Part shown: one piece after another, positions 10,276 through 18,871 of the stretch
Position numbering within the stretch: position 1 is the first letter of the stretch
Layout of the letters: the number at the start of each line of letters is the position of its first letter
DNA from: Candidatus Thorarchaeota archaeon
GTDB lineage: Archaea > Asgardarchaeota > Thorarchaeia > Thorarchaeales > Thorarchaeaceae
DNA: 64,000 nucleotides
NCBI GenBank assembly: GCA_029855935.1
Contig: JAGSHN010000023.1
Coordinates: 1-64,000, forward strand
Reading direction: 5' to 3'
The notes under the pieces: generated by a model
The model's database searches: none
Told to the model about the DNA's origin: nothing
What the model saw: the letters and a program-made list of their open reading frames with translations, nothing else
Translations under genes and position numbers: made by a program

Positions 10276-13200
10276 TCACTCCGAGGCGCTGCTACCGCTA
10301 CGGCGCTTCTTGACTAGGATGACTATCACAACCACCAGAATGCCTGCGGCTGCCACGACTCCTACAATTACAACAGGATCGAGTCCTCCGGACGGAGGAG
10401 CCGTACTGGTCGTCGTGGTGCCTGTACTGGTGGTCCCCGTGGTTGTTCCCGTGGTGGTCCCCGTCGTCGTCGAGGTGGTCGTGGTGGTCGTAGTGGTGGT
10501 ACTCTCCTCTACGACATGAACGATTGTCGTGGCGGATGATGAATGTCCTGCCTGGTCGGTGACCACGATTGTGAAGTTGTAGACTCCGGCCGCGAGGCCC
10601 GACAGTGGCACCTGTACCGTCGTTGGCGAGAGGTAGGGCCCTTGACCAACAATTGTACCGTTCCGGTAGAGCGAGTAGGCGTCAGGGAAGACATCAGAGA
10701 GATCCCACGAGACATACTCGCTCGCACCCACAGTGACCGTCATCTCATCAACACCGGACACGGTCGGCGGGTGGTCATCCACACGAAACACATACCGGCT
10801 CATCGCCTCGTTGCCTGCGTCATCACTTGCGTAGACGAACAGGCTTCTCTCGCCATCGCCTGCCGGAACCGGGATGTCGTATGGCGGTGATATCGTGGTA
10901 TTGCTGCCATCAGTGTCCCATCTGAACTGCACAAGTGCCAGATGGTCATCCGTCACGGACAACGAAACAACGTCGGAGCTTGTGACAAACGTGTAGTTTG
11001 CCGGTGACACAAGAGCAATGGCTGGCGCGTCCGAGTCGATGTAGAACACAAAGGTCGAAGAGGCAGTGTTCCCGGCTGTGTCGTTGGCCGTGACAGACAG
11101 TGTGTGCTGCCCCGCGGATGACGGGATGACGGTGTCATACGGTGCCGACCAGACCTGAGATGCCGCTCCATCCCACGAGTAGAGAACGGTATCGACATCA
11201 CCGCCGCCGATACTCACGTCGACGGTCACGGGCTCGCTGTGAACAGAGGAGTTCGCGGGCGAGCTGAGCGTGATCGTCGGCGGAGTGGAGTCGGTGGTGA
11301 ACTGGTACGAGGCGGTCGCCCAGTTACCAGCACTGTCCTCAGCAAAGACGTCCAGCGTGTGCAGGCCCTCAGCCGTCGGGAATGTCAGGTCATACGGACT
11401 GCTCAGCGTCGCGTTGGAGCCACTGTCCCAAGCGTACAGCACCTCATAGACGCCAGTCTCGATGTCGCTCACTCCCAGGTCTATCACAGTCCCGGGTGTC
11501 CTCGTGCTGCCATCAGGTGGCGAGTTGAGGCTGATGCTCGGAGGCGTCCTATCCAGACCCACCTCGGCGATGAAGGCATCGTTGGAGCCACCGAGAGTGT
11601 CATCATATGGCCGACTCATCGGGAAGTCGCTCGACGCGGTCTCACCTGTGACTAGGGCCGTACCATTCGGATACGCGACTATGCCACGACCATATTCATT
11701 CTGTGAGCCGCCAAGGTAAGTTGCCATCATCATCCCGCCTGTGCTGTTGAAGTGCAGCACAGTGGTCTCCGAGTTCACGGCGACAGTGTCGAAGGCGTTG
11801 AACAGCGGCGCGCTGACGTCAGACAAGGTGCCGCTGACCAGCACGTCATCGTTGTCGGCACCAAAGCAGGCGTCGCCGCCGTATGCGCCAAAGGTCCCGC
11901 CGAAGTACGTGCTCCACAGAAGCGACGTATAGGAGCCTGTGTAGCGCGTGATGAACAGATCATAGTTCCCACCATTTGTGCTCTGGTAGGCATCGACGAC
12001 GGGGAAGTCACTAGAGGCGGTCCTGCCCGTTGCCACCACCGCACCAGCAATGTTCGCGGCCACGCCCGTGCCATACTCCACGCCGGATCCTCCAAGGTAT
12101 GTGGAGAACCGGATTGCTCCGGCACCAGTGAAACTTGCCACGAACGCATCCGACGAACCGCCAAGCGTGGTGTCGTTGGCGCTCTGGGTTGGGAAGTTCG
12201 AGGACCAGGTCGTTCCGACGACGTAGATGTTGCCGCTACCGTCCAACTCGACATCATTGGCCTCGTCCGAGTGCGCAAGGTCGGAAGACAGACCATTGCC
12301 GCCCAGATACGTCGAGAAGATCAGACCGTTGCCCGTGGAGTTGAATTTCGTCACAAAGGCGTCACTGTAGCCGCCTGACGTGCTCTGGTAGGCGTTTACA
12401 ACGGGAATCGTGTTCGTGACACCCACAATGACCGCCTGCCCTGAGGTGTCCACTGCGATAGCGTGGCCCTCAGTAGTGTCGTTGCCAAAGTACGTGGAGT
12501 AGATCAGACCGTTGCCGTTGGAGTTCAGCTTCAGCACGAAGGCATCGGGCGTGCCGCTTCCAGAGCCGGAGTAGGTCGAGTCATAGGCGTTCACGGTCGG
12601 AAAGTCACTTGAGTAGGTCAGTCCGGTGGCATAGACGTTGCCATCGCTGTCTACAAAGATGCCACGTCCGATATCGTCCCCGCTACCACCCACATAGGTG
12701 CTCCACACCACTGATGATGTGCGCGGGTCCAACTTGGTCACGAATACATCGAGTCCGCCATTGTGTGTAGTGTCGTACGCGTCCACAGGAAAGCCATTGC
12801 CCTGGGTGGAGCCGACGACGTAGGCATAACCGTACAGATCTACTGCAATGTCATAGCCTGAGTCACTGCTACCACCCCCCAGATAGGTGCTGAAGAGGAG
12901 GCCAAAGTCGACACGCACTCCGAACGCAAACACAGAGGCGGTCTCATGACCTGCTGCGTCGCTGGCATAGACGTAGAGATAGGCCCATCCCTCTGCGAAT
13001 GGTATTCGCGTCTCATAGGGCGACGTCCAAGAACTGTTCGAACTCTGTGTGGACCACCGATAGTAGGCGCTCGTCAGATGTGCGTCAGAGACTGAGACTT
13101 GGACGAGAGTCCCGGAATACTGAACCGTTCCATTCGTGGGCGATGTCAGACTGACAGCGGGCGGCGTGTCATCGCAGGTGAATGTGTAGCTTGTTGACGC

Positions 13201-15534
13201 CCAGTTGCCGGCAGTGTCATTGGCATAGACATAGAGCGTGTGTGGGCCATCGCCCGACATCATAAAGACGTTGTAGGGAGCGTATAGTGTGGAGTTTCCG
13301 TTGGAGTCCCAGTGATAGAGCGCCGTGTCAACGGCGACATTGTCCGTGATTGTGAGGTTGATCACAGTCCCGGATTTCAGAATGCTGCCGTCGGGTGGGG
13401 AGATCAGCTGAATGGTCGGCGCCTGTGTGTCGTTATAGAGATGCAGAACGTAGCCTTCCCAGCTACCGCCAGGTGTCGATTGGAAGCCGTCGACAATGGG
13501 CAGGTCGTCGGATGTTGTCTGGAACGTCGCAGTGATGTTGCCCGAACTGTCAACATCCAGCCCGACGACGTAGTCGTCGTAACTCCCACCGTAGTATGTG
13601 CTGAACAGCAGTGACTGGCCGTCGGAGGAGAAGCGGGTGATGACACCATCAGGACTGCCCTGTAGACTCATCAGCTCCTCACTGAGGGGATAGTCAGACG
13701 ATGAAGAGTATCCCACGACCACAGGCTCCGTGCCAAAGGCCAGATCAATGTCATACATAATCTCGTCGCCCGAGCCGCCGATATATGATGAGTAGGAGAG
13801 GGAGCCTCCACCAGAGGCGACCTTTGCTACAAATCCGTCCCGCGAACCCCCGAGCGAGGAGTCGTATGCATTGACAACGGGGAAGTCCGATGACTCAGTA
13901 TATCCGGTGACGTAGGCTGCACCCGCGGAGTCTACCACGATGGCTTTGACGTGGTCATCGTAGCCTCCTCCGACATACGATGAGTAGACGTATCCGGAGA
14001 AGTCAGACTTGATCTCAGTGACGAATCCCTCATCCCATGACGAACTCGTAGACGAGTCAAAGGCATTGAGGAGTGGAAAGTCGGTCGACAGAGTACGGCC
14101 TCCAACGTAGATGTTTCCACTGCTGTCAACATCCAGACAGTAGCCATTGTCCTCATTTGATCCGCCAAGATAGGTGGAGAAGACAAGGCCATTGCCTGTG
14201 CTGTTGAATACCGTCACAAAGGCATCACGTGATCCGTTCAAGGTGCTATCAATAGCGTTCTTCAGGTCAAAGTCAGAAGAGGCCGTTTCGCCAGTGACGA
14301 ACATTCGGCCAGTACTCCCAAGACGAATTCCCGTTGCCCAGTCGTCGCCGCTGCCGCCGAGATAGGTCGAGAACAGGATTGATGAGCCGTTGCTACTGAG
14401 CTTCACAACGACAACATCACTGCCGCCATCAAGACCTGCCTGATAGGGACTAGCTGTCGGAAAATCAGTGCTTGTTGACGAGCCGACCACGTAGACATTG
14501 CCACTGGAGTCGACAGTGATTGGTGAACCGACAGTAGCCACGTACTCGTTGCTGGAGCCTCCGATGGCCGTGCTGAACACGAGCTGGCCGTCGTATGTGA
14601 GCATTGTGACGACTATGTCCGACTGACTCACAGTCGAGTCATACGCGTTCTTGAAAGGAAAGTCGGTGGAGTACGTGTAGCCCACCGCGTATATCCCGTC
14701 ACTGGTGACGACTACGTCATTGATGTAGTCATTGGCGCTACCGCCGAGGTACGTGCTCATAGTCACAACCAGCGGATCAATCACAAGAGGCTTGTGAGGG
14801 TCGTAGTCACCCACGGCAAATCCGTACGAGTCGGCCGCAAGCTGGACAAAGTGGCTCTCGATGACGGTGGAGCCCTGCTGAACGAGCAGGCCTGACTCGC
14901 CATATGTGGGGACACCATCGCTCTCAAAGAGTATCTCATCGCCCCTGATGAGCGGATGCCCCTGACTTACCACGACCTCAATCTGAGTTGGGTCAGCACC
15001 AGGCCGGACATAGAACTCGCTCTTCAATCCGCGGTCCGTCATATAGTAGTAGAGATCGATACCATCGTAGATATTCCGATACACTATCTGGTCGAACGTG
15101 GGGATATCGGTGTACTGACGACTGCCAATGAAATAGTTGACACGATGCATCTTCTGACTCAGGCCCTCCGGCAGGGCTAGGTTGGCACCACGGAACGACA
15201 ACATCGTTGAGAACCTTCGTCCACTGTCGTCCATCCATACCAGCCGCACTGCCGACGGCAAGAATGCCACGCTGGCAGCCCGTCCCTCCAGATAATAGTA
15301 GATGTTGTCATCCGAGACCTGACCGATGTTCCTCACGAATCCACCGAATGGCAGATTGCCACCCTTGACCGACCGGACCACATCGGTCCTGACGGTGGGG
15401 CGCATCGGCATTGAGTCGACCGAGGCCGACAGGTCAGGACTAGATTCCGCAGCCGCAACACTCGCGGCTGGTGCTATTGCCATACTCGCACATAGCACGA
15501 TGACCATGAAGAGCAGAAAGAATCTGCGCAACAT
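10276..15534 (-). CDS. Giant SBBP-repeat (beta-propeller) surface protein with Ig-like repeats, Thr linker and C-terminal TM anchor
   Basis: 1752 aa. Signal peptide; FVRNIGQ...YRNIYDGIDLYY...PLVIDP N-terminal module; many STYLGGS..D / G.T.S.DFP repeats; D..PP.I.L.SP...A.D.AGN Ig-like repeats; poly-Thr; TM + KKRR. Confidence 0.9.
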   Translation of the reverse strand: MLRRFFLLFMVIVLCASMAIAPAASVAAAESSPDLSASVDSMPMRPTVRTDVVRSVKGGNLPFGGFVRNIGQVSDDNIYYYLEGRAASVAFLPSAVRLVWMDDSGRRFSTMLSFRGANLALPEGLSQKMHRVNYFIGSRQYTDIPTFDQIVYRNIYDGIDLYYYMTDRGLKSEFYVRPGADPTQIEVVVSQGHPLIRGDEILFESDGVPTYGESGLLVQQGSTVIESHFVQLAADSYGFAVGDYDPHKPLVIDPLVVTMSTYLGGSANDYINDVVVTSDGIYAVGYTYSTDFPFKNAYDSTVSQSDIVVTMLTYDGQLVFSTAIGGSSNEYVATVGSPITVDSSGNVYVVGSSTSTDFPTASPYQAGLDGGSDVVVVKLSSNGSSILFSTYLGGSGDDWATGIRLGSTGRMFVTGETASSDFDLKNAIDSTLNGSRDAFVTVFNSTGNGLVFSTYLGGSNEDNGYCLDVDSSGNIYVGGRTLSTDFPLLNAFDSSTSSSWDEGFVTEIKSDFSGYVYSSYVGGGYDDHVKAIVVDSAGAAYVTGYTESSDFPVVNAYDSSLGGSRDGFVAKVASGGGSLSYSSYIGGSGDEIMYDIDLAFGTEPVVVGYSSSSDYPLSEELMSLQGSPDGVITRFSSDGQSLLFSTYYGGSYDDYVVGLDVDSSGNITATFQTTSDDLPIVDGFQSTPGGSWEGYVLHLYNDTQAPTIQLISPPDGSILKSGTVINLTITDNVAVDTALYHWDSNGNSTLYAPYNVFMMSGDGPHTLYVYANDTAGNWASTSYTFTCDDTPPAVSLTSPTNGTVQYSGTLVQVSVSDAHLTSAYYRWSTQSSNSSWTSPYETRIPFAEGWAYLYVYASDAAGHETASVFAFGVRVDFGLLFSTYLGGGSSDSGYDIAVDLYGYAYVVGSTQGNGFPVDAYDTTHNGGLDVFVTKLDPRTSSVVWSTYVGGSGDDIGRGIFVDSDGNVYATGLTYSSDFPTVNAYDSTYSGSGSGTPDAFVLKLNSNGNGLIYSTYFGNDTTEGHAIAVDTSGQAVIVGVTNTIPVVNAYQSTSGGYSDAFVTKFNSTGNGLIFSTYLGGNGLSSDLAHSDEANDVELDGSGNIYVVGTTWSSNFPTQSANDTTLGGSSDAFVASFTGAGAIRFSTYLGGSGVEYGTGVAANIAGAVVATGRTASSDFPVVDAYQSTNGGNYDLFITRYTGSYTSLLWSTYFGGTFGAYGGDACFGADNDDVLVSGTLSDVSAPLFNAFDTVAVNSETTVLHFNSTGGMMMATYLGGSQNEYGRGIVAYPNGTALVTGETASSDFPMSRPYDDTLGGSNDAFIAEVGLDRTPPSISLNSPPDGSTRTPGTVIDLGVSDIETGVYEVLYAWDSGSNATLSSPYDLTFPTAEGLHTLDVFAEDSAGNWATASYQFTTDSTPPTITLSSPANSSVHSEPVTVDVSIGGGDVDTVLYSWDGAASQVWSAPYDTVIPSSAGQHTLSVTANDTAGNTASSTFVFYIDSDAPAIALVSPANYTFVTSSDVVSLSVTDDHLALVQFRWDTDGSNTTISPPYDIPVPAGDGERSLFVYASDDAGNEAMSRYVFRVDDHPPTVSGVDEMTVTVGASEYVSWDLSDVFPDAYSLYRNGTIVGQGPYLSPTTVQVPLSGLAAGVYNFTIVVTDQAGHSSSATTIVHVVEESTTTTTTTTTSTTTGTTTGTTTGTTSTGTTTTSTAPPSGGLDPVVIVGVVAAAGILVVVIVILVKKRRSGSSASE

Positions 15535-15719
15535 TTTCCAGCACTCTTCCTAGGTGGTGAAAAACTAGGAACGTGAGTGGTTTCGGCATCTAATAAGAGT
15601 TAGTTGTAGCAGCACTGGGACCGTTTGCGCGGTGCACTGGTCAAAGACAATCATCGCAATGCGTAGACATCGGAGAACGACTTATTGCGAAGAGGGTCGA
15701 TTGCCGGGCTAGGGGTCTG

Positions 15720-16604
15720 TTGGTGTCTGAGGAGAAAAGGCTCGACTACTTCTGCGGCGAGTGGGGTCCGTGCTGGGGGTTGATTGCGGCCCTGCTCTTT
15801 CTGTACCTGGTGACACCGGGAGTGATGACCCTCATACTGGGACTCTCGGTGCTCCTCTCGATCGTCTACCAATTCTATGGGGCGCTCGGCCTGATGGATC
15901 TCACCTTGAGAATGACGGGCCTAGAGAGAGTGACAGCGCGCACAGTGCTTCTGATCTGGTCAGTAGTCTGCCTCCTACCCCTCCTCGCACCATTGCTCAC
16001 GACTCCTGAAGGAACGACGGGGCAGTCGATACTTGCGGACCCAGTCATCGGACTGATCATAGACGCGATGCGGCTGGTGCTTGCAGCTGTACGGGCGGCG
16101 GCATTCCTCTACGGCGTTGGCTGCGTTGTAGCAATCAGCGCGGGCCTCGCAATACACAGGCTGGTGGTAGGCGTTCTGGGCGAAGACCTTGCTCAGGGAA
16201 CCAAGGCGTTCCTGTTGACATGCGCCGGCTACTTCATCCTGATGGAATTCTTGGCGCTGCGGACCACCGCACTCCTTGTCGCAGGAGTACTCACACCCAC
16301 CGTCGATGACATCATCGGCTCGGTCTGCGGCATCAGCCTGCTTCGAATCGTATGGGTCTGCTCCGCCGGACTCGCCCTAGGGCTCAGGGTGCGGATGGAG
16401 AACAGGCCGCTACCGGGCGAGGAGAGCATCAAGGCTATTCCATGGATTGTGCGTGCAGTGCTGGCAGCGGTTCTTGGTCTTCTGGTTGTTGTCAGCCTGA
16501 ATATGGTGATGACGCTCCAACTCACAGCAGTCCTCATTCTCTTGTGGCTCCTAGTGATATTCTACATCTACTTCCTGAATCCGGAGGATGACGAACAGGA
16601 CTGA
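15720..16604 (+). CDS. Hypothetical polytopic membrane protein
   Basis: 294 aa, ~8 hydrophobic segments, acidic C-terminus. Confidence 0.7.
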   Translation: MVSEEKRLDYFCGEWGPCWGLIAALLFLYLVTPGVMTLILGLSVLLSIVYQFYGALGLMDLTLRMTGLERVTARTVLLIWSVVCLLPLLAPLLTTPEGTTGQSILADPVIGLIIDAMRLVLAAVRAAAFLYGVGCVVAISAGLAIHRLVVGVLGEDLAQGTKAFLLTCAGYFILMEFLALRTTALLVAGVLTPTVDDIIGSVCGISLLRIVWVCSAGLALGLRVRMENRPLPGEESIKAIPWIVRAVLAAVLGLLVVVSLNMVMTLQLTAVLILLWLLVIFYIYFLNPEDDEQD

Positions 16605-16622
16605 CCGACAGTGTGCGGGCAC

Positions 16623-17534
16623 TCAGACTCTTCGCTCGGTGCGGGTCAGCTGGAATCGGCAGGTCTTGTCCCCGCGCGCTCTGCATGCAGTCTCCTTGAC
16701 CTCTACGCTGGGGTTCCCGATGGCACCCTCGATGAACCCGAGGAAGAAGTAACATAGCGGCTCGTCTGCGGTGATGCCCCGACACTCAGGACATATCGGG
16801 ATGTCGAAGAATTCCCTGTCCCTGTCATACCTGCACACAGAGATCTCGTTCAGCAGTCTCAGCGTGTCCTCGGGGGTCACCACGAAATCACCAAGGCGGT
16901 CGACCGCCACGTGAGATCCAAGGTATCTACCAAGCGTCTGCGCCACAAGATGCTGGACATCTGTCGCCTCTCCAAAGTAGAGAGGCAGTCTTCTGATGGC
17001 CGCGATGGTCCCCTCCGGGAAGCTCTTCGTCATATCTGTGCCGAGATTGGTTATCATATAGATGTAGTGCAGTGGGACGAACTCGGGCAGAAAGTCCAGT
17101 ACTCGCGGGAACTGCCTCTCGATCTGCTCCATCTGCTCGTACAGGTTTATGACGGTGAGGCGGAACGGACGGAAGAGGTCAGGGCGAACAAAGATGTCCT
17201 CATCGCGTATCACATCACCGAACTCCTGAAAGAACTCGTATTCCACCTGCCTGACAAGATAGTTGGCAAAGCGTTCGCTGTCGGTGTCGTTTGTGTAGGC
17301 GACAAAGATCACGGGGTCACGAAACGAGTACACAAGCAGTCCGTCCTCGACCGAGATGGACCTGAGCTCTCTGTGGCCCAGTTGCTGAATCAGAGTGTTC
17401 ACTGCGCTGATGAACCCGCCAAAGAGCTCATCAAATGACGGGATGCTCGACATGGAGCTGCCAGACAGCCCCACCGTCAGCAGCGGAATGCCGTCCCTGT
17501 GAATTATGTAGACCACTCCAATGTTCCGTTCCAT
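16623..17534 (-). CDS. Longin/roadblock-like N-terminal domain fused to a C-terminal V4R domain
   Basis: N-term VVYIIHRDGIPLL...LFGGFISAV...LRSISVED...IFVAYT (Asgard longin-like pattern); C-term CPECRG...PLCYFFLGFIEGA...KETACRARGDKTCRF (V4R Cys motif). Confidence 0.85.
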   Translation of the reverse strand: MERNIGVVYIIHRDGIPLLTVGLSGSSMSSIPSFDELFGGFISAVNTLIQQLGHRELRSISVEDGLLVYSFRDPVIFVAYTNDTDSERFANYLVRQVEYEFFQEFGDVIRDEDIFVRPDLFRPFRLTVINLYEQMEQIERQFPRVLDFLPEFVPLHYIYMITNLGTDMTKSFPEGTIAAIRRLPLYFGEATDVQHLVAQTLGRYLGSHVAVDRLGDFVVTPEDTLRLLNEISVCRYDRDREFFDIPICPECRGITADEPLCYFFLGFIEGAIGNPSVEVKETACRARGDKTCRFQLTRTERRV

Positions 17535-17921
17535 CTAATCTTCTCCAAAGAGCCGTTCTGAGAACCTGTAGAACCGCTCGAATGCGAACACCAAGATGAA
17601 TATGGCGATGAGGAACAGCCCGAGTCTGAGAGGTTTCCACACCTCATTGTAGAAGCTGCTCGGTGTGAACCAGAACCACTCGTCATAGGCGTCCATTGCC
17701 GTGCTGATCATTCCGAGTATCGCAAAGAGTATCAGCGGATAGAATGTGCTTCTCCGCTCCAGCACTGGATAGCGCCGCGCCGCGTGAATGATCACAAGCA
17801 GGAGGATCACGAACATCACGGCCGTTCCCACATCGAGAAATGCCTTCAGAATCTGAAGAGGATCAGTCGGCGGTCGAAACTCCACGGTCACTCCCTGCAT
17901 CATCGCCATCACACCCCCCAC
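17535..17921 (-). CDS. Small 3-TM membrane protein (operon with V4R gene)
   Basis: 128 aa, three hydrophobic helices; stop directly abuts the V4R gene start. Confidence 0.75.
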   Translation of the reverse strand: MGGVMAMMQGVTVEFRPPTDPLQILKAFLDVGTAVMFVILLLVIIHAARRYPVLERRSTFYPLILFAILGMISTAMDAYDEWFWFTPSSFYNEVWKPLRLGLFLIAIFILVFAFERFYRFSERLFGED

Positions 17922-18274
17922 TCCCCGGCACCCATCTCCGCTATCTGATAGATGCCTACCGCAAAGAGAAGCAGGCCCAACACGAAGGTCGTACCGTCGG
18001 CAAGATTCAGAAGATTCACCGTGAAGTCGTCAAGCTGCAACGTGTCAAGGACATCGAAGACACCGTGGGCAACCAAGAAGACAAGTCCCAGCACTATCAG
18101 CTGCCATCCTCCGTCCGCCAGACGCGCGTGCCTGCGGCCCACGAACACCGCAACAATGGTGGCAAGGACCAGGCCCGCGACTATGACTATCTCTGACGAT
18201 ATCAAGGGGATGTCGTTGGGGTCGAGTAGCACAGTCTGCATTTCAACACCATCACACGGGTGCGCATTCCACAC
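17909..18274 (-). CDS. Small 3-TM membrane protein (probable paralog of the neighbouring 3-TM gene)
   Basis: Three TM helices; overlaps the next gene. The true start is likely MQTVLLD. Confidence 0.75.
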   Translation of the reverse strand: MWNAHPCDGVEMQTVLLDPNDIPLISSEIVIVAGLVLATIVAVFVGRRHARLADGGWQLIVLGLVFLVAHGVFDVLDTLQLDDFTVNLLNLADGTTFVLGLLLFAVGIYQIAEMGAGEWGV

Positions 18275-18871
18275 AATAAACTACTCGGTAGTGAACAAAG
18301 GCCTCAGAGTGTAGGAATAAACGAACGGAGAAACACGCTCGAACCACATTGCACCTTGAGATCCACCCTGTCTGTAGGATCGTCCAGCCCTCCGGTCCAT
18401 CAGCCGAATGGTATTCCAACGGGGTGCGCCGCCGTGACGAGCAGAGACAGGAGGAAGTTGTGCGATGTCGTCTAGCGTGTCCGGAACGTAGGTCCGGCAG
18501 GTGTATTCGACCCTGTCGTTCGTGATCGACAAGAGGTTTCCGTTCCGCACCTATGTCCAAACACCCGCGATGCGCCGCACATCGGCCACTGTCAATACGA
18601 TGACCGCACCACGCGCCCTCGTTCCATGCGTCGTACCCAGCAGCACGTTCTCCACAGTCTTGATGAGGGCAGGCTGCAGCGACTGGATCTTCTCACGGCC
18701 GACTGATTGGTCCCCGGAGGTAGAACGTACAACTATGCACCACGCAGCAGGGTGGCACTCTGTTCTTGGCGTAAAGTCCCGCACTCTCGTGCCAACAATC
18801 GATCTCGTGGAGTAACAGATAAATTGAGGCCACAAATGACCGCCTCAAGCAACATCAAGGAGACTAGTCCA

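Noticed and set aside
10400-10510. Repetitive GTG/GTC tracts (also 180-280)
   Set aside because: Simply the codons of poly-Thr linkers on the minus strand; not a CRISPR array or DNA repeat element.
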